Below are positions 51,822 to 64,000 of a DNA stretch of 64,000 nucleotides, piece after piece. The notes beneath the pieces were generated by a model that did not search any database, was not told the origin of the DNA, and saw only the letters and a program-made list of their open reading frames with translations. The stretch spans positions 25,420,001-25,484,000 of the forward strand of contig OX597820.1 in assembly GCA_951406725.2 (NCBI GenBank), read 5' to 3'. A program made the position numbers and the translations under genes. Every line of letters begins with the position of its first letter. Positions within the stretch are counted from its first letter, which is position 1. The DNA is from Octopus vulgaris (taxonomy: Eukaryota).

Positions 51822-52190
51822 ATGTAACTAGTACTTAATTTCCAATACTGGAAAGATGAGAGCATATGTCCATCTCAGTGGTATTTGAACTCAGAACAGA
51901 CGGAGGTGTATCTAAATACTGCAAGGTATTTTGTCTGCTACTATGTTAATCCTGGCAATTTACTGCCCTCGATAATTTATCAATATGATAATTGGATAAT
52001 TATTGATAAGCTCTGTTTTTTTGTTGTTTTGATCACAATCATTTAATAATTAGTGATAATTTCCTTTTGAACAATGTTTTATGAAAATAAGAAAAATAGA
52101 AGCATCTTCTACAGTGTTGTGGCTATATGAAAAAATACTACCATGTTTTAAAAAAAAGCTAAAAGAGTATATAAAAAAGATGATAGATTC

Positions 52191-53038
52191 TTTTTTAAAT
52201 GCTATTCTGCTGGAACCTATAAAAAGGTGATATAGATCTTAGCTTCAGTTTTTAAGAGGAGTTAATGTTAATTAAGTGTCTAAGAGTCTGAGATGAACTG
52301 TTGATAATAAGATAATTTTTTGCAGTATTAACCTCATCTTTAGAGATAAGAGATGTTTTAGTTATTTACATCTACATAATGCATGTATCAGTTTGATCTC
52401 CTATCATCATCAGGTGTTTTATGCTTAGAAGTGTACTAGTACCAAAATGGATTCAAACTCTGAATCTTTATCATCATTTTTATTATTTAATCCCAGGTTG
52501 AGTTAGGGGACACCCTGATCCTGTCCAGTTAATAGTTTTTGTAATTGTGTGCAAATGCAGCAGAATGCACCAGTGTCATTTGGATTGTAAAATTCCAACA
52601 TCTTAAAGATAATCTCTATTAAGTTCAGTACAATGTCTAGGTTTTAATTTTCTTGTAATCTATGTTTTGCATGTTGTTTATATTCTGAACCTAACTGCTT
52701 TTGAATCGTGATAACTTCGTCAAGAAGTCTTGTATGACACCACAGATGTGTAATTTTATTTATTAATTGTTTGTTTGCTGAAGTATAGTCAAACTTGGGT
52801 CTTCTTCATTCCCTTCATTTTCTTTCATAATTTTCCTTAGGAGGGATTCTGTTATCATTTTTTTTAAATGCTATTCTGCTGGAACTTCTAAAAAGGTGAT
52901 ATAGATCTTAGCTTCAGTTTTTAAGAGGAGTTAATGTTAATTAAATGTCTAAGAGTCTGAGATGAACTGTTGATAATAAGATAATTTTTTGCAGTATTAA
53001 CCTCATAATTTTCCTTAGGAGGGAATCTGTTATCATTT
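52191..53038. repeat. local A..B-A-B duplication
   Basis: A = 52191-52337 and 52860-53006; B = 52825-52860 and 53003-53038. Confidence 0.9.
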
Positions 53039-53909
53039 AGCAAGGATTTAGTGTATTTCCACCCTTTCTTATTAGCAGAAGTAGATCATTTTCTCTCTTA
53101 ACCCTCTCCTGGGTTACTTCCTGTGGAAAAAAAAATGTTGTTTGGTTTGACAAAAATTCTCTACCCTCCATTTTTTTGTTTGTGTTTTTTTTTTTTTTGT
53201 CTTTTCTTTTCATAATTGTGATCAATCTAAAAATTCTATTCAGTCAGTATTGAGGGAAGGTTTACCTTAACACAACTGCTGTATGAGTAGTCTACAGTAT
53301 TTTAATTCATGTAGGAACCACTAATTCCATTGTTGTTGCTGATACTATCACTATCCTCAAACAAACTTATTTGAATATTTGGGGCATTTTCTTCTTTTTA
53401 TTTCACTATACTGTCCATTTTCTCCTTCCTCTTGTACATTCAATCACATTTTTTTGATTTTGTAAGATTGTTTGTTTTTTTTCGTTTTGTTTTGCCATTG
53501 TAGTGTTTAGTCTTGTAGCTTAATTATGTGTATCGGTAGCTATTTTGGATGAGAAAATGTAATGTGAGTAAATAAAATTTTAAAATTTTATAAAGCCAGT
53601 TTTTTTTTTTTTTGTCTAATGTCTAACCACCTCTCCCCTAGATATCGATGTAGGCCTTCCTGAGGCAGTTATACTTCTTTTTACGTACACTCCAATGAAA
53701 ATTTCATTTAGTAATGCTTCGATAGAGTGTGTTTCAATGAGGGAAGTAAAATGGCATCGCACTTCCAGAGTCAAATAATAGCTCAATAGTTTCAGTGTGA
53801 AACCCAGTGGAATAAAAATACCTTAATTGAAAAACAAGTAAAGGTTGGCAGCAGGAAATGCACCCAGTCTGCCTCAGCAATTCCTCATTCAATCCATACC
53901 GCTATCACT

Positions 53910-54225
53910 TGTGATGGTGATGATGATGGTGGTGAAGGTAGCGTTGGTGGTGATAGTTCCAATGATGGTGATAGTGGTGAAGGTGGTGATGGTACTGATG
54001 ATGATGATGACAGTGGTGGTGGTGGTTTTGGTGGTAATAGTGGTGATGGGGTGATGGTAGTGATGGTAATCATGATGGTGATGACAGTGATGATAAAGAT
54101 GGTGGTGGTGGTGGTGATAATGGTGATCATGGTGGTGGTGGTGGTGGTTGTGATCGTGATGGTGGTGGTGGTGGAGGTAGTGATGATTGTGGTGGTGATA
54201 ATGGTGATAGTGGTGGTGGTGGTAG
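53910..54225. repeat. GGT/GAT microsatellite mosaic
   Basis: Direct inspection. Confidence 0.9.
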
Positions 54226-55054
54226 TATATACATAAATAAATAAAAACAATCAAATATAGAGGTTAAAAAAGAAAAGGGGAAACAGGAATGAACAAGAAG
54301 CATAAAATACAAAAACTGGAGGTGGCGTTTAAAAACGTGAGGAGGAGAATCGGAATAGAGTTTTACCCTGTGGGGAGTTAACCTAATGTTATATATGTTC
54401 CACTGATGCCATTAATACAAAGAATTAATTATTACAAGCAATTAATTATTGATATTAACAATTAATTAATTACATGATGCCACTTCTTACAGGTCCGGTC
54501 TAGTTTTTGAAACCAGCATAGCTATTCATAGATGTATACGTAGACACAAGATTACTGAGACATTAGTTTACACACACACACATACAGACATACATATATA
54601 CATACATACATATATGTACACACATACATGCACACACAGACTTGTATGTACCTACATACATATATACATACATACATGTACATATGTACATACATACATA
54701 CACGTATGTACATACAAACACACATACATACTTGCATGCACACATACACATTTGTACCGACATACATACATACATGTACATATGTACATGCCTCATACAT
54801 ACATACGTGCACATACATATGTACGTACATGCATGCATGCATACATACATACATCATACATGCAAACATGCAGACATCATACATGCATACATACATACGT
54901 ACGTACCTGCATGCATTCATTCATTCATTCATTAAAAACCTGTAAAATTTTCCAGAAGTTTATCATTTAAGTATATATAAGCATGTCTAGACATGCAAGT
55001 ATATGCATCAGAATACATATATATAAAGCAAAACACACAAATCTGCACATATCC

Positions 55055-55240
55055 TTTTATTCTTGTGTGTCTGTCATTTGACTGCAGCCATGCTGGAGCA
55101 CCACGTTTTGTCAAACAATTGACTTCAGTTCTTATTCTTTGTAAGCCTAGTACTTATTCTATCAGTTCCTTTCACTGAACCACCAACATCGGCTGTCAAG
55201 CAAAGGTGGGGTGACAAATACAGATACACAAATATATACA

Positions 55241-55286
<46 letters not shown>

Positions 55287-55303
55287 TATATATGTATGTG
55301 TAT

Positions 55304-55336
<33 letters not shown>

Positions 55337-55350
55337 CACATGTATGTATG

Positions 55351-55405
<55 letters not shown>

Positions 55406-55526
55406 AGCTGTAGAAACACTGCCAGATCTGACTGGCCTGGTGCAGCCTTCGGGCTCCCCAGACTCCAGTTGAACCGTCCAACCCATGCTAGCATGGAAAG
55501 CGGACGTTAAATGATGATGATGATGA

Positions 55527-55563
<37 letters not shown>

Positions 55564-55720
55564 ACGGACTTCTTTCTGTGTCCGTCTACCAAATCCACTC
55601 ACAAGACTTTGGTCGGCTCAAGGCTATAGTAGAAGACACTTGGCCAAGGTGCCACGCAGTGGGACTGAACCCTGAACCATGTTGGGAAGCAAGCTGCTTA
55701 CCACACAGCTATGCCTGTGC
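55055..55720 (-). mobile_element. SINE family A with nested + strand RTE tail (55403-55529)
   Basis: Tail half 55055-55230, head half 55563-55720, with the insert in the (TA)n between them. Confidence 0.75.
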
Positions 55721-55835
55721 TTATACATACAAAAATACCCTGTTGATGTTGAAATTCAAATGAAAGAGCTTTGGATTTTGGCAAGAAATCTTGAACTAAA
55801 ACTTAATAATGACATATAGACACACACATGCATGT

Positions 55836-56670
55836 ATCATCATCATCATCGTTTAGCGTCCGTTTTCCATGCTAGCATGGGTTGGACGGTTCTACTGGGG
55901 TCTGTGGAGCCAGAAGGCTTCATCAGGCCCAGTCAAATCTGGCAGTGTTTCTACGGCTGGATGCCCTTCCTAACGCCAACCACTCCGTGAGTGTAGTGGG
56001 TGCTTTTTACGTGCCACCCGCACAGGTGCCAGACAGAGCTGGCAAACGGCCACGAACGGATGGTGCTTTTTATGTGCCACCGGCACAAGGGCCAGGTGAG
56101 GCTGGCAACAGACACGAAACGGGGCGGTGCTGGCAACGGACACGAAACAGGGCGGTGCTGGCAACGGTCGCGAAACGGAAGGTTCTCTTACATGCCACCG
56201 GCACTGGTAACACATCTGCAATTTCCATTGATCGATTTCCATTCTGATCCTCACTTGCCTCAACGGGTCTTCACAAGTAGAGTTTCGACATGCCACCAGC
56301 ACTGGTAACACATCTGCAATTTCCATTGATCGATTTCCATTTTTGATCCTCACTTGCCTCAACGGGTCTTCACAAGTAGAGTATCGACATGCCACCGGCA
56401 CTGGTAACACATCTGTAATTTCCATTGATCGATTTTGATTCTGATCCTCACTTGCCTCAACAGGTCTTCACAAGTAGAGTTTTGTGTCCCAAGAAGGGAA
56501 GGTATGCATACATAGGCTGGCTCCATCCCAAGTAGAAGGCCACGGGTTATGGACTCACTTGTCCTGCCGGGTCTTCTCGCGCACAGCACACTTCCAGAGG
56601 ACTCGGTCTCTAGTCATTTCCTCAGTGAGACCTAAAGTTCGAAGGTCGTGCTTCACCACCTCGTCCCAGG
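55836..56670 (-). mobile_element. 5'-truncated RTE-type LINE with a triplicated 98-99-bp 3'UTR unit
   Basis: TWDEVVKHDLRTLGLTEEMTRDRVLWKCAVREKTRQDK*; catgccacc units start at 56191, 56289 and 56388. Confidence 0.85.
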
Positions 56671-57522
56671 TTATGTACATACATAAAACTGAAAAAGACA
56701 CGTGCATGCACGCACACATACGCACATATTTATTGAGGTGGAAATTTGATTAACCATTATTTTGAGTCTTTGAATTTTATATTTCTGATTTTTGGATGGT
56801 TGTGAATGTTAGAACAACTGCAATTAGTCTATACAGCTTCTTCTGTACAAAAATAAAAATGGTGGGGAGGAAAAATACACATGGTTTTTGGGTTCATTCC
56901 CACTACTTGGTACCTTAGGGAAGTGTCCCAGTTCAACCAATGCCTTAAAATTACCTTAATTTGAAACAAGTGTGGGTTAGCAACAGGATGAGCAAGAAAA
57001 TCTGCCTCGTCAAATTCTCTCTGATCCATGCGAGCATAGAAAAGTGGATTTTAAATGATGATCATCATCATTATTATATGTGTTTGTGCTTGTGTTTTTA
57101 ACTTCCACTGCTTGACAACCAGTGTTGCTTTGTTTACATCCCATAACAGCAAAAGTAATTGATAAAATAAGTACCAGACTTTTCAAACAAATAAAAAAAA
57201 ACACAAGTGTTAACGTGTTTGACTAAACTGTTCAAGGTGGTGCTCCATCAAAATTAATGTGAACAAGGTTAGTACAATTCTTGTGATATTGCATGTTTCA
57301 GGACTGGCTGACTAATGCAGTCTTGTATGGTAATACGATTAGTTAAGAGTTAACATTTAAAAGATGCTACACATTTCTAACATAAAGCTGTTCTGAACAT
57401 TTTCTGTGTTTTTGTGCAAAATATACAATCCTCTCTCTCTCTCCCTCTCTTTCTCTCACCACGCATATATATCATGTGACCAACCAGATTATCATGTGCA
57501 GCATTTCATTCGTCTTTACATT

Positions 57523-57920
57523 CTTATTTCTTTATTGCCCACAAGGGGCTAAACATAGAGGGGACAAACAAGGACAGACAAATGGATTAAGTCGATTATA
57601 TCGACCCCAGTGCGTAACTAGTACTTAATTTATCGACCCCCGAAAGGATGAAAAGCAAAGTCAACCTCAGTGGAACTTGAACTCAGAACGCAACAGCAGA
57701 TGAAATACTGCTAGGCATTTCGTCTGGCGTGCTAATGCTTCTGCCAGCTCGCCGCCTTAATTCGTCTTTACATTCTGGGTTCAAATGCTGCTGGAGACAA
57801 CTTTGCCTTTCGTCCTTTTGGGGTCAACAAAATAAGTGCCAGTTGAGCACTAGGATCTATTTGATCAACTTAGCCCCTTCCCTGGACTTGCTGACCTTGT
57901 GCTAAAATTTGAAACCAATA
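57523..57920. mobile_element. SINE family B copies (- 57523-57758, + 57760-57920)
   Basis: The minus copy is flanked by repeated ttcgtctttacattct, suggesting insertion into the plus copy. Confidence 0.75.
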
Positions 57921-60684
57921 TTTGAGAGCAAGGAAGTGTACATTGTAGATGGGATGGAAAAAGGATGTTGGGATTGGGAAATGAAGCCAGGAAAACTGCG
58001 AGATCTCTACTGAAGGACTTATTTCACCAGTGAACTAACCATCTAGCTAAAATGACTATTATTCATGTGTTTCATAGACTTTATTACAACGGTGGTGCTC
58101 CAGCATGACCACAGCCACATGGCTGAAACAAGTAAAAGAGTAATTGCAGTAGACCAATGGACAGAAGAAAATGGTAGTAGTGGTGGTGGTGGTGGTGGTA
58201 CTGCTGCTGCTGGTGCTGGTTGTGTCAGTGGCAGCCACGATGATGACAACAACGTAGAATAAAATCGATGTATCTTTTTGATAACAAATTCGTTTTATTT
58301 CTCTTTCCTTCAAACTTATTTATTTATATATTTATCTTATTTAATTGTTTGTTTATTGGAATTATTTTGTTTTGGTTTTTTTTTAAAGTCAAAACACTGA
58401 AGATAAAAGAAAACAACAAAAACATTAAAAAATAATCAACAAACAAACAAACAAACAAACAAGGAAGCAATTAAATAAACATAAATGACAAGCATTTAAA
58501 ACAAATAATGAATAACAGAACAGAAACATTTCTTTCAGTTCCTTCCTGGCCCACCACTGCCCCACTCTATTTTACTGTTCTTTTATCATCGATGATATAA
58601 CCTGAAGTTGTATCATCTTTTTTTGATCTAATTCTGTCCTGTTTCACCCTGTTGAATTAAAATTTGCCTTTATATTCAAGGGTTCTTTTTTAGTAAAGGG
58701 CTTCCCATCTCTACTGTTTTCCCTGATTTTATTTGCTTATTTTAACTGGAGATTTGTGCAGGCAGGGTGGGGTTCCTCTATCGATTTTTGCCTGTTTTTT
58801 TTTTATTTGATTCTTTTTGATTTTGATTGTTGTTTTTTTTTTTACATTTATTTAACTTTTTTTTTTCTCTGTTTTCTTTTTGTATTTCAAACATTGAAAT
58901 CCCTCTGCATCATCTCTTTACCTAAAATAGTTTGTTTGTTTGTTTGTTTTTTAGGGGGTGGGGAGCTACGAAATTACTTCATCTGCCAATCTATATTTTG
59001 TATTTGTTTACTTGTCTGTTTAACAATGCTGGGTGGTGGTGGTGGTGGTGGTGGTGGTTTTGGTGGCGGTCATGGTGGTGGTGGTGGTCGTGGTGAATGT
59101 GGCATGAGTGGTGATGATTGTGGGGGTGGTTGTAGTGGTAGTGGTGATGATTGTGGGGTGGTGGTGGCGGTTGTAGTGGTAGTGGTGATGATTGTGGTTA
59201 TGATAATTGTTGCGGTGGTGGTGTTGATATTAGTGGCGATGGCAGTATGGATGTGATGTTTCCTTCATTATGTAACTTACCAAGCCTGCATCTGTCAAAG
59301 ACAGTGGTTATTAGTTCACTGTTTGGTTCAGTTTCAAATGGTTGTAGGAATTAATTTGAAATGTTTTAAAAATAAAACTCAAGTCCCAACCTTCACTCCA
59401 CCCCTCATCCCACACTCCACTTCATTGCTTGCTGTCAGCAATGAACACCACCAACATCACCCCCACCCCCCCCCCCGCCAATCATACCAATCTTTCTCAC
59501 CCCATCATCATCATCATCATCAATATTCTCATTGTCATTATCACCACCACCATCATCACCACCACCCCCCGTCAATCAAACCAATCTTCTTTCTTCCCCC
59601 CATCAACATCATCATCACCAACCCCCTTTCGCTAATCAAATCAATCTTCCACCTCCTCCCCTTCATCTTCATCATCATCATCATCATCATCACTACCACC
59701 ATCATCACCTGTAGAAACAGCGCCATTAATAATTATCATTTCCTTCTTCTTTGCCCTCGCTTCCACCTCCTACTTTCATCCTTGTTACTTCTCCCACCGC
59801 TACTCACTCTCACTCGATATTACCATTGATAATTATATTTTCTCGTCTGTCTCCTCCTTGCGATTAACAACCACTACCACCACCACTACCATTGTGCCAC
59901 TGCAATCACTATCATCCAGACTATTCTAATTAAGCACTATTCTCTTTGGTATGACTACCACCACCGCAACCACGACCACCACCAACTCTACCAACACCGT
60001 GCTTTTTCCTCAACTTATTCACTACCAATACCACCATCAACACCAACAAAGACCACCACCACCTTCACCATTACTATAACCTTAATTATCATCATACACC
60101 CACCATCAATTATCAATTCTTAGGTAGTAGTAGTGGTGGTGGTGGTGGTGGCGGCGGTGTGATGGAGGCATTGGTGGTAGTTGGGCAAGGGTCAAGTCAC
60201 AATACCATTATCCATCTCAAAAATATTGCATTACCTACGTCCGGTTGACTTGTCATGGAATTTCCTCTTGTCCAAGTGCCCTGACCAGACAAAATAAACA
60301 TCAGTATATGGTATGTCTGAGCCCCTTCCTACCCAGCCCTAAGACAAGCCTTATGAGGGCTGCCCCTTCCTTCACAGACAAACAGTTAATAAAGACAAAC
60401 ATTGTGAAAACAACAACAAGAACAGAAACAAAACAGCAAAACAGGAAACAATTGCCACCAGCATCATCATCATTGTTATCATAATACATCAGCTGTCAGT
60501 ATCTTTGTTTGTACCAACACCACCGCCATCACCATCGCCATCATCATCTTAGTCAGTGCCACTTCCATCACTATCCCAATTAACCATCGATCTTACTGCA
60601 ATTAACATGATCGTGATTATCATCTTCATTTTCGTCGTCGTCATCATCATCATCACATTCCTCAACATCAATATCCTTTTATTT

Positions 60685-60882
60685 GTTTGTTTGTTTCAGT
60701 CATTTGACTGCAGCCATGCTGGAGCACTGCCTTTAGTCGAACAAATCGACTCCAGAACTTATTCTTTGTAAGCCTAGTACTTATTCTATTGGTTTCTTTT
60801 GCCAAACTGCTAAGTTACGGGGACGTAAACACACGGGCATCAGTTGTCAAGTGATGGTGGGGGTACAAATATATACACACAT

Positions 60883-60916
<34 letters not shown>

Positions 60917-61072
60917 GTATGGTAGGCTTCTCTCAGTTTCCGTCTACCAAATCCACTCACAAGGCTTTGGACAGTCCAAGGCTATAGTAGAAGACACCTG
61001 CCCAAGGTGCCATGCAGTGGGACTGAACCCGGAACCATGTGGTTGGTAAGCAAGCTACTTACCACACAGCCA
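60685..61072 (-). mobile_element. SINE family A
   Basis: Reverse-complement head, core and tail. Confidence 0.85.
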
Positions 61073-61183
61073 CTTATGTGCCTATAAAACCACTCCTGTG
61101 CCTGAATATATCTGAATGATATCGCTGTTTTGTTTTATGTCCACTTTTGATATCACCATCATCAACTCTCTTCTATACATCTC

Positions 61184-61217
<34 letters not shown>

Positions 61218-61530
61218 TATCACCATCAGGAGCATCATCTCTGTCCATCTTCACCATTATCATTATTACCTAAATTTTTGGACCACAATCATCATGGTCA
61301 TTACAGTCATCATTATTACCTTTACATTTCTCAAAATTATCAGTGTGAACAGCATCATTGTCAGCAGGATTCTCACTGTTATCATCTTCATTATCACTAC
61401 CACCACCATCATCATTATCATTACCATGACTACTGTTAGTAGCATTATTATCACTATTATTATTATCATTATTATTATTTGAGATCTTTTGCCTCCAGTA
61501 GAAAAGGTTATTATTATTATTTTTATTATT

Positions 61531-63311
61531 CAGTAGTTTTATTTTTATAGCGTACTTTCACTTCACTACCGAGCGCAGCTCTGTGTGCCTTGGGTATGTG
61601 CTGTGATTTGTTGTGATGCTCTGATGGTTATTGTATGGAAAGTGTTCTGCGTAGGATGTGTGCAGTGCCTAGTAGTGCAATTTTCTGTATGTTATATGTG
61701 TTTGTAAGTCCTGGTGTTTTTGTTATGTATTTGTCTGAATATTTTTTTATCATGCCTAATGCACCCACTATGATAGGAATTGTTTCTGTTTTCAGGTTCC
61801 ACATTCTAGTTACCTCTATTTCCAGGTCTTTGTATTTTGAGAGTTTCTCCATTTCTTTTAGAGACACGTTGTCATCTGCCGGTATTGATACATCAATTAG
61901 AAAGCATTTTTTTCTTCATGATCTCTGACAACTATATCTGGTCTGTTGGCCTTAATTTCTCTATCTGTGTGTATCGGCATATCCCAGAGTATGGTTGCTT
62001 TCTCGTTTTCTGTGACCTTTTCTGGTGTGTGCCTATACCATCTTTTTTCTGTTGTTATTCCATAATGTTGGCATAGCTTCCAATGTATGTAGGTTCCAAC
62101 TCTGTCATGTCTGTGAATATATTCCTTCTTAGCCAGGACTGGGCAGCTAGAGATAATATGATTTATTGTTTCTTGTCCATCTCCACATATTCTGCAGTTA
62201 CTTGTAATATTTCTTTTCATTACATGTTTTTGGTAATTTCTGGTGGGGAGGCTTTGGTCTTGTGCTGCAATTAAAAATCCCTCTGTTTCTGCTTTGAGTC
62301 CTGAGCTTCTCAACCATTGCTGGGATTTTTCTTTGTCTATTTCTTTTGCGTTTAGTTTAGTGCAGTATTTACCATGAAGGGCTTTTCTTGCCATCGTTTT
62401 ATCATGGCTCGTTGCTGTTCTATTTTTAGTTTGGATTTCATTTGTTTTATAGCTTTTGTTGTTTCTTCATCATCTTCTTCTTCTTCTTTGTGTTTATTAG
62501 GTGGTATGATTTCTTGTTTGTATTTGTCAGCTTCCTTAAATACTGAGAACAGTTTTTTGTTTTGCTCGTGTTTTGCTGCTATCTGGATCAGTTTTCCTTC
62601 CTTCTGAAGTAGGTATTTTTGCAGTCCTATGGTGGTTATTTTATAGTAGTTTTCCAGCTGTATAAGGCCTCTACCACCTTCTATACGTTGTATATATAGT
62701 CTTTCTATGTCAGATTTTGGGTGATGCATCCTAGATCCTGTCAGTATTTTTCTTGTTTTCCTATCTATTTTGGACAGTTCATTTCGTGTCCAGTTAAGGA
62801 TATTGTAGCTGTAACTTATAACTGGGACAGCTAAAGTGTTGATACCTATTATCTTGTTTTTAGCATTGAGCTCTGTTTTTAGTATTGATCTAACTCGTCT
62901 ATAATATTCTTTTTTTATTTTCTCTTTCATTTGTGTGTGTTGTGTCTTATCTAGTTCATGGATTCCTAAGTATTTGTAAGTTTGGCTTTGGTCTAATTCT
63001 TTTATTTCATTGGTTTTATCTAGTGTGATGTTGTTACTCTTAACTAGTTTTCCTCTTTTCATGGTTACTTTGGCGCATTTTTCTAATCCAAATTTCATAT
63101 CTATTTCTTTTGTAAATCCATGAACTGTCTTTAATAGTGTTTCCAGCTGTTTGTCATTTGCAGCGTATAGTTTTAGGTCATCCATATATAAAAGGTGGCT
63201 GATCGTTTTGCCGTAACATTTATATCCGCATCCAGTTCTATTTAGCATATCAGATAGAGGTGACAGTGCCAAGCAGAAAAGGAGTGGAGAGAGCGTGTCT
63301 CCCTGGAATAT
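61531..63311 (-). mobile_element. 5'-truncated R4/Dong-clade non-LTR retrotransposon (RT plus restriction-like endonuclease)
   Basis: IFQGDTLSPLLF, HLLYMDDLKLY, YKYLG, CCHC knuckle CRICGDGQETINHIISSC, RHD, RPDIV..LIDVS..KLSKY, PIIVGALG; ~97-nt 3'UTR; (TAA)n at both junctions. Confidence 0.92.
61628..63311 (-). pseudogene. RT-RLE ORF 3' portion (~560 codons) with two 1-nt frameshifts
   Basis: ORF-track segments 62352-63272, 61897-62394 and 61628-61867 join into one protein after frameshifts near 62380 and 61910. Confidence 0.88.
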
Positions 63312-63336
63312 TATTATTATTATTATTATTATTACT

Positions 63337-63550
63337 AAGGCAGCAAGCTGGCAGAGCCGTTAGCACCCCAGGCAAAATGCTTAGCGGTATTTTGCCTGCC
63401 GCTACATTCTGAGTTCAAATTCTGCCGAGGTCAACTTTGCCTTCCATCCTTTCAGGGTCAATAAATTAAGTACCAATGAAACACTGGGGTCGATGTAATT
63501 GACTAATCCCCTTCCCCAAATTTCAGGCCTTGTGCCTATAGTAGAAAGGA
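63337..63550 (+). mobile_element. SINE family B, full length with (ATT)n tail
   Basis: aaggcagcaagctggcagagccgttagc..gtagaaaggattattatt. Confidence 0.85.
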
Positions 63551-64000
63551 TTATTATTGTTATTATTATTATTATGATTATTATCATTATTATTGAGTGA
63601 GGGAGCAGTGCATGCCATCAAAGTGACACTTGGGTAAAATGTACAAAGCCCAGTATACCCATCATGACTACCCGTCTGATAAGGGTACACCAGACACATG
63701 CATCACAACCAGATGTGTGTGACATGGTGATCTCATATCAAGATAAACAACTCATGACATTGCAGGTGAGCCCAGTTAGAATTTTCTTCTAGTTGAGTAG
63801 CCCATCCTGCTCAAGAGGTTCCTGAATAAGGGTTGTTTAAGGATGTTGAACAAAACTCCCATGTTTCCAAAGATGAATTATCCAAACCCCAAAGAATTCC
63901 TCTCATGGCTATGATGCACCCCCACTACTTCTACTCCTGATCAAAGGCACACTTATTCATCAGCCACCAAGAGACATGCTCAACTGGTTATGGTCAAACA

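Noticed and set aside
52368-52418. Minus-strand CTGATGA-TGAT..ATCA-AAC motif
   Set aside because: G12 is missing and stem III is unconvincing; too degenerate to call.
53642-53778. Acceptor-like CTAAC..CCCTAG with an open phase-1 frame, as a candidate next exon
   Set aside because: The peptide does not continue the ankyrin pattern and runs to a stop.
63594-64000. Possible 3'UTR of another TAA-tailed retroelement; likewise a familiar-looking repeat at 23137-23350
   Set aside because: Single copies in the window with no coding motif or verifiable termini; cannot be supported without a repeat library search.

Overview
AT-rich, microsatellite- and SINE-saturated eukaryotic DNA. The repeat content looks like an Octopus (coleoid cephalopod) genome, but this is recognition by eye, not a search result. 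Only one host coding exon is clear: 40014-40420 (+), an ankyrin-repeat exon resembling Patsas/ZDHHC13-17-type palmitoyltransferases, so much of the window is probably intron. Mobile DNA includes four tRNA-derived SINE families, RTE-type and CR1-like LINE fragments, a near-intact 5'-truncated R4/Dong RLE retrotransposon in a TAA microsatellite, an internally deleted piggyBac with TTAA duplications, a Merlin/IS1595 transposase relic and hAT-like MITEs. The most notable signal is a recurring set of short, ORF-less elements with minimal type I hammerhead ribozyme folds at six apparently unrelated loci (6.6, 15.2, 26.3, 31.5, 37.0 and 48.4 kb). Four loci carry outward-facing pairs in inverted repeats, consistent with Penelope-like pseudo-LTR or retrozyme-like relics. 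Nearly all ORFs in the supplied track are microsatellite or SINE artefacts.
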